Below, one piece after another: positions 35,225 through 35,441 of a DNA stretch of 35,441 nt; positions within the stretch are counted from its first letter, which is position 1, and every line of letters starts with the position of its first letter. Origin of the DNA: a virus (taxonomy: Duplodnaviria; Caudoviricetes). Where the stretch lies: positions 1 through 35,441 of IMG/VR virus record IMGVR_UViG_3300005805_000243; one strand, given 5' to 3'. The notes beneath the pieces were generated by a model. It ran no database searches and was not told where the DNA came from. It saw only the letters and a program-made list of their open reading frames with translations. The position numbers were made by a program, and so were the translations under genes.

Positions 35225-35235
35225 ACTTATGAGCA
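35212..35235 (+). promoter_or_regulatory. Late promoter CATAAATA embedded in a 9-bp inverted repeat covering the gp2 start codon
   Basis: TGCTCATAA-atagac-TTATGAGCA; CATAAATA at 35216-35223; ATG at 35229. Confidence 0.6.
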
Positions 35236-35441
35236 ACATTCTTCAAAAAATCAATCGAGAAATGAGCCTTCAAGGGCATGCAGTTGGTGGAAGAAGTGGC
35301 AGAGTTTGGTTGAATAAAAAGCTAAAAGAACTGAGGGTCAAGCCCAGATCTTTAATGCAGGACGTTCAAAACTTAAGAGAAAACCCATTTGTGGGTAAAA
35401 TGTATTTTTATTTTTATGATCCAAAACTAAAATATGAATTA
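35229..35441 (+). CDS. gp2: DNA end protector protein gp2 (5' part, truncated by the window)
   Basis: Manual translation MSNILQKINREM...WLNKKLKEL...FVGKMYFYFYDPKLKYEL; the YDPK motif and the position after gp4 fit gp2. Confidence 0.85.
   Translation, partial: MSNILQKINREMSLQGHAVGGRSGRVWLNKKLKELRVKPRSLMQDVQNLRENPFVGKMYFYFYDPKLKYEL

Overview
AT-rich segment of a large T4-like myovirus genome (gene order resembling cyanophage/aquatic T4-like phages) carrying the baseplate-tail-fibre module. From the right end: partial gp2 and gp4 on +, then on the - strand gp48, gp53, a probable hub protein, lysozyme-less gp5, a PAAR spike tip, an unknown protein, gp25, gp6, gp7, gp8, a 2015-aa DUF4815/VrlC-like virion protein, a small conserved protein and a tail fibre. 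An accessory region follows. It holds a ferritin-like di-iron/acyltransferase (DHRxxDG) fusion enzyme, two unknown proteins, a BppU-like adaptor, an inverted four-domain glycosyltransferase (GT4 + 3 GT-A) and a giant (>2000 aa, truncated by the window edge, absent from the ORF track) collagen-like fibre of Gly-Tyr-Thr-Gly-Ser-X repeats. The fibre gene and the glycosyltransferase are divergent from a shared 79-bp spacer containing overlapping late and sigma70 promoter motifs. The best candidate for an undescribed system is phage-encoded chemical decoration (glycosylation, possibly acylation/oxidation) of virion fibres. All assignments come from motif recognition and synteny by eye; no database search was run.
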